A DNA stretch of 64,000 nt, from the NCBI RefSeq assembly GCF_044704955.1, contig NC_091999.1:50468001-50532000 (forward strand). The letters run 5' to 3'. Source of the DNA: Pristiophorus japonicus. Lineage: Eukaryota. Positions 59,489 through 64,000 of the stretch are shown piece by piece. Each line of letters starts with the position of its first letter. Within the stretch, counting starts at the first letter, position 1. A program made the position numbers and the translations under genes. Below the pieces are notes generated by a model. The model did not search any database, had not been told where the DNA came from, and worked only from the letters and a program-made list of their open reading frames with translations.

Positions 59489-62400
59489 ATGAAGATAACC
59501 ATAGCCAGCCTCAACATCAACGGCAGCAGAGAGGCACGCCGTAGATTTAACAATTTTTCGCTCCTGCGGGAGGGGAAATATGCGGTGTGCTTCCTGCAAG
59601 AAACCCACACCTTTCCGGGAGACGAAGCCACGTGGCTCCTGGAATGGCAAGGAGAGGTCCTGATGAGCCACCTCACTGCCACTTCTAGTGGGGTGGCCAT
59701 CTTGCTGGCCCCGCATTTTCAGCCGGAGATCTTGGGGGTCGAGGAGCCCATGCCAGGCCGCTTGCTGCACGTAACGGTTCGCCTGGGGGACGTGCCGCTC
59801 CATCTCGTGAACGTGTACGCCCCTCAGCCCGGCCCGCAGCAAACGCGCTTCTTCGAAGAGGTGTCCGCTCTTCTTGGCTCCGTCGACGTCGGCGACTGCA
59901 TTGTCCTCGGGGGGGATTTTAACTGCACCCTCGAGGCGAGGGACGGCTCCGGTGCCCCGCAGTGCATGACGGCGATGGAGAAGTTGTGGGACCTGGTCGG
60001 GTCCTTCGACTTGGTGGACGTCTGGCGAAATCTCCACCCCGACCCCAGCGCCTTTACTTGGGTGAGGCTTGGAGTTGGATGGTCCACAGTCGACCGCCTT
60101 TACGTGTCTCGGGGGTACGTTTCCTGTGTCCCGGCGGCCTCCATGCGGCTGGTGCCGTGTTCGGACCACCACTTGGTGTGGGCGGAGCTCGCTTCGCTCC
60201 GCGCGAGGACGGGGTCCGCGTACTGGCACTTTAACAACCAGCTGCTGGAGGACGTGCGGTTCCAGGACTCGTTCCGTCGTTTCTGGTCCGACTGGAGAAG
60301 GAGGCAGGGGGGCTTCCCCTCCTTGAGGCTATGGTGGGACGTGGGCAAGGCTCACGTCCGCGTCTTCTATCAAGAGTACGCGAGGGATTCGACCAAGAGG
60401 CGGGCGGCCAGGGTCGGGCGTCTAGAAAAAGAGGTGCTCGACCTGGAAGCCCATCTCGGTCAAGTCGTCGGGGACCCGGCCCTGCGGACGGTGTACGAAG
60501 CGAAGAAGGCCCCGCTAAATGACCTGCAGCTCGTCGGGTCCCGAGGCGCGTTCGTGAGGTCACGGATCCGGTTACTGCGGGATCTGGACCGCGACTCCCC
60601 CTTCTTCTACTCGCTGGAAAAAAGGCAGAGTGTCCGTAAGCAGCTCTTGACGCTGCTGGCCGACGACGGCTCTATCTCGGATCCGGAGGGCGTCAACAAC
60701 AGGGCCCGTGAATATTACGGTGCCCTGTTCTCTCCGGAGCCGTCCAGTGAGGAAGCGCGTAGAGTTTTGTGGGAGGACCTGCCGAAGGTCAGCCCGGAGG
60801 GCGCCGAAAATCTGGAAGCTCCGCTAAGCCTGGCGGAGCTGACTGGCGCCCTCGACCGGCTCTCGAGGGGAAAATCCCCGGGGCTGGACGGGCTAACCGT
60901 GGAGTTCCACAGGGCGTTCTGGGACGTCCTGGGGGGCGACTACGCGCGGGTCCTGGGGGAAAGTCTGGCGACCGTGGAGATGCCCCTCTTTTGGCGCAGG
61001 GCAGTCATCGTCCTGCTGCCTAAGAAGGGTGATCTCCGCTGCCTTAAGAACTGGTGCCCGGTCTCCCTCCTCAGCACGGACTACAAAATCTTCGCCAGGG
61101 CGATGTCTGCTTGTCTTGGTGCCGTGCTGGACCACATGATCTATCCCGACCAGTCCTACACGGTCCCGGGCCGTCAATCCAGGATAACATCCATCTGGTC
61201 CGGGACATCATCCATTATTCCAAGGAGGCTGGTCTGTCGGTCGCCTTCCTATCTCTCGACCAAGAGAAGGCGTTCGACAGGGTGGATCATGACTATCTGC
61301 TCGGAACTCTGCGCGCTTTCGGCTTCGGGACGCATTTCGTCGCCCGGATCCGACTTTTGTACACCGCCGCGGAGTGTCTGATTAATGTTAACGGGTCCTT
61401 GACGGCGCCCCTTCGCTTTGGGAGAGGGGTGCGCCAGGGATGCCCCATGTCCGGCCAGTTATACGCCGTTTGCGTGGAGCCTTTCCTGCGCCTCTTGCGG
61501 ACGAGGTTGACGGGACTGGCTCTGCAAGGGCCGTGCGTGGAGTTCGTCCTCTCGGCTTATGCCGATGACGTGCTCCTCACGGTAGAGGATCCCGCTGACC
61601 TGCGGAGAATGCGTGAGTGCCAGGAGATTTACTCGGCCGCATCCTCCGCCAGAATCAACTGGGAGAAATGTTCCGGACTCCTGGTGGGTCAGTGGCGGGT
61701 GGACTCCCTGCCGGAGGAGCTCAGGACTTTTGCCTGGAGCACGACCCATCTCCTCTATCTGGGAGTCTACCTTAGCCCGGACGAGGAAGTGTGGGTGGCG
61801 AACTGGCAGGAGCTGGAGGCCAAGGTCGCCGCTCGCCTAGGGCGCTGGACAGGACTGCTCCGAGTGCTGTCCTGCAGGGGTCGAGCGCTAGTCATAAACC
61901 AGCTTGTGGCCGCCATGTTGTGGTACCGGCTGGTCACTTTGACCGCTCCACCTGCGTTTGTCGCCAAGATACAGAAGAAGCTGGTGGACTTCTTCTGGAA
62001 CAACAGGAAGCACTGGGTCTCTGCCGCGGTCTTGAGTCTCCCGCTTGGGGAGGGCGGTCAGTCGTTGGTGTGCGTCAGCGCCCAGCTTGCTACTTTCCAT
62101 CTTCAGACACTGCAGAGATACGTTTACGTCGAGCCCCCTCCTAGATGGCGTGCTCTGGCGACGTATTTCTTCCGCCAGCAGCGCGACCTCAATTACGACA
62201 TGCAGCTCCTGTTTGTGAGTGTGGGGGGCGTCAGGACCGCCCTCCGGGAGCTGCCTGTCTTTTACAAGGAACTCATCAGGGTCTGGAACAAAGTCTCCAC
62301 CAAACGCAGCTCTCCACCGGCTGGAGTGGCGGCCGTCCTGCAGAAGCCACTGCTCGGGAATCCGTACCTCCACGACCGAGGTTTTAGGTGGCGGTCGGAT

Positions 62401-63383
62401 GAGAGGGCTTTGGCTGGTGAGGTGACCAGGGTCAGGGACCTGCTCGATGGCGGAGGAGCGGCTTGGATGGCGCCAGACACGCTGGCGTGGCGCCTAAATT
62501 CTGCCAACGTCCGCCGCGCGGCTGATGCCATCGAGTCGCTAAAAACAGCTCTGGGCCCCGACTCCATTAGGTGCATCGAGGAGGCTCAAGCATGCGGGGA
62601 GATCCCATCCGAACTGACCCCCGTCCGGACGGAATTTCTCATCGGCGCCAAACCCCGGAACCTCCCTCGGGGCCGGCGCCTCACAACTTGAGCCGCCTCG
62701 GGGAAATCCCCTCCGTGCCTTTCAGTTCCGCGCGGAGGGGTTTCCTGTACGGGCTGCTCCTACACACTCTCAACTTTGCCATCCTTGCCTGCCGTCTGGA
62801 CACGCCATTGCGTACCATCTTGCCGTCCAGAGGAGGCGGGGGATCCTGATGGAGGACACTCTACGCAGGGTTCCTCCCACTATTTGCCGGGGACTTGGCC
62901 TGGAGGGTGATGCACGGAGCAGTGCCGAGCAATAAATTTTTAAGCCGGTTCACGGGCTCCCAGGCCGCCTGCAATTTCTGCGGTCTGGAAGAGTCCGTGT
63001 TCCATGTTTTTATTGAGTGCACGAGGTTGCAGCCCCTGTTTTGTTATTTAAAGGGGCTGCTCCTGAAATTCTGGCTGCACTTCAGTCCCACTCTCCTGAT
63101 CTTCGGGCACCCTGTGCGGAGGGGAGCGGGTAGGTCCGAGGGCCTCCTCGTAGGACTGCTCCTGGGCACGGCCAAGGGGGCCCTCAGCCGGTCCAGGCAG
63201 CAGGCGGTCGAGGGGGTCGTTCAGCCAGACTGCCTGCCTCTCTTCCGCGCATACATCCGGTCAAGGGTGTCCCTGGAGATGGAGCATGCGGTGTCCACCG
63301 GTACACTCGTTGCCTTCCGCAAGAGGTGGTCACCAGAGGGACTGGAGTGCATCATCACGCCCGGCAACCAAATTTTAACTTGA
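59489..63383 (+). pseudogene. Tx1 ORF2 copy 3 (EN-RT-CCHC), frameshifts near 61172, 62670 and 62845
   Basis: Motifs LQETH, VNVYAP, GGDFN, SDHH, KSPGLDG, GVRQGCPMSG, YADD and YLGV are present. Confidence 0.9.
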
Positions 63384-63562
63384 TTTCATATTTTTAAGTT
63401 AATTTGTTTTAATTGCCGGTGCTTTTAGTGTCCCCCGCCCCTTTTATAGGGGGCACTTGGAGAAAAAATATGCTTTTGTGCCAAAAATAAACCTTGTAAA
63501 TGTTGGTGTTTCCCCCAGATCGGGGGGCACGGCTTAATGTTTTTTGTTTGCTCCTAAAAGAG

Positions 63563-64000
63563 TTTCATGCACAAGGACCCCCAAGTCCCTCTGCATCGCA
63601 GCATTTTATAATTTCTCCCCATTCAAATAATATTCCCTTTTGCTGTTTTTTTTCCCTCAAGGTGGATGACCTCACACTTTCCGACATTGAATTCCATCTG
63701 CCAAATCTTAGCCCATTCTCTAACCTATCTAAATTTCTTTGCAGCCTCTCTGTGTCCTCTGCACAACCCGTTTTCCCACTAATCTTTGTGTCATCTGCAA
63801 ATTGTGTTACACTATACTCTGTCCCCTCTTCCAGGTCATCTATATATATTGTAAACAGTTGTAGACCCAGCCCCGATCCCTGTGGCACACCACTAACCAG
63901 CGATTTCCGACCCAAAAAGGACCCATTTATCGCGACTCTCTGCTTTCTGTTAGCCAGCCAATTTTCTATCCATGCTAATACTTTTCCTCTGACTCCACGT
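63563..64000 (-). mobile_element. CR1 LINE, upstream (RT) part of the element split by the Tx1 array
   Basis: It reads GVPQGSGLG..FADDTK..RDLGVLVHE and ends where the 43177-43871 piece resumes, with only ~3 codons missing. Confidence 0.93.

Larger units (their letters stand above)
56418..63562 (+). mobile_element. Tx1-clade retrotransposon copy 3 (full length ~7.1 kb, best preserved)
   Basis: ORF1 spans 57361-~59457 with a premature TGA at 59284-86. ORF2 spans 59489-63383. Confidence 0.93.

Overview
This is vertebrate genomic DNA from a cartilaginous fish (shark-type IgM sequences, shark-type CR1 LINEs and SINEs); I cannot fix the species. Positions 1-29063 are repeat-rich: many CR1 fragments, satellites, MITE/Harbinger relics and a GPR139-like GPCR pseudogene exon. 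A 361-N gap follows. Positions 31.0-43.2 kb hold one cluster-type IgM heavy-chain pseudogene (leader, V, D, J, CH1-CH4, secretory tail). Its RSS layout indicates a germline-joined VD-DJ configuration. The secretory tail is cut by an antisense CR1, and that CR1 is itself split at one point (the DLGVLVHE motif) by a ~19.7 kb head-to-tail array of Tx1-clade (L1 superfamily) retrotransposons: two ~7.1 kb copies, one internally deleted 5.2 kb copy and a 3' stub. Every unit ends in the same ~17-bp CR1-derived motif (TTTCATGCACAAGGACC) with no poly(A) tail. The main candidate novelty is therefore a sequence-specific Tx1 element that targets another LINE (CR1). I see no intact host protein-coding gene. 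All family assignments come from motif recognition by eye, not database searches.
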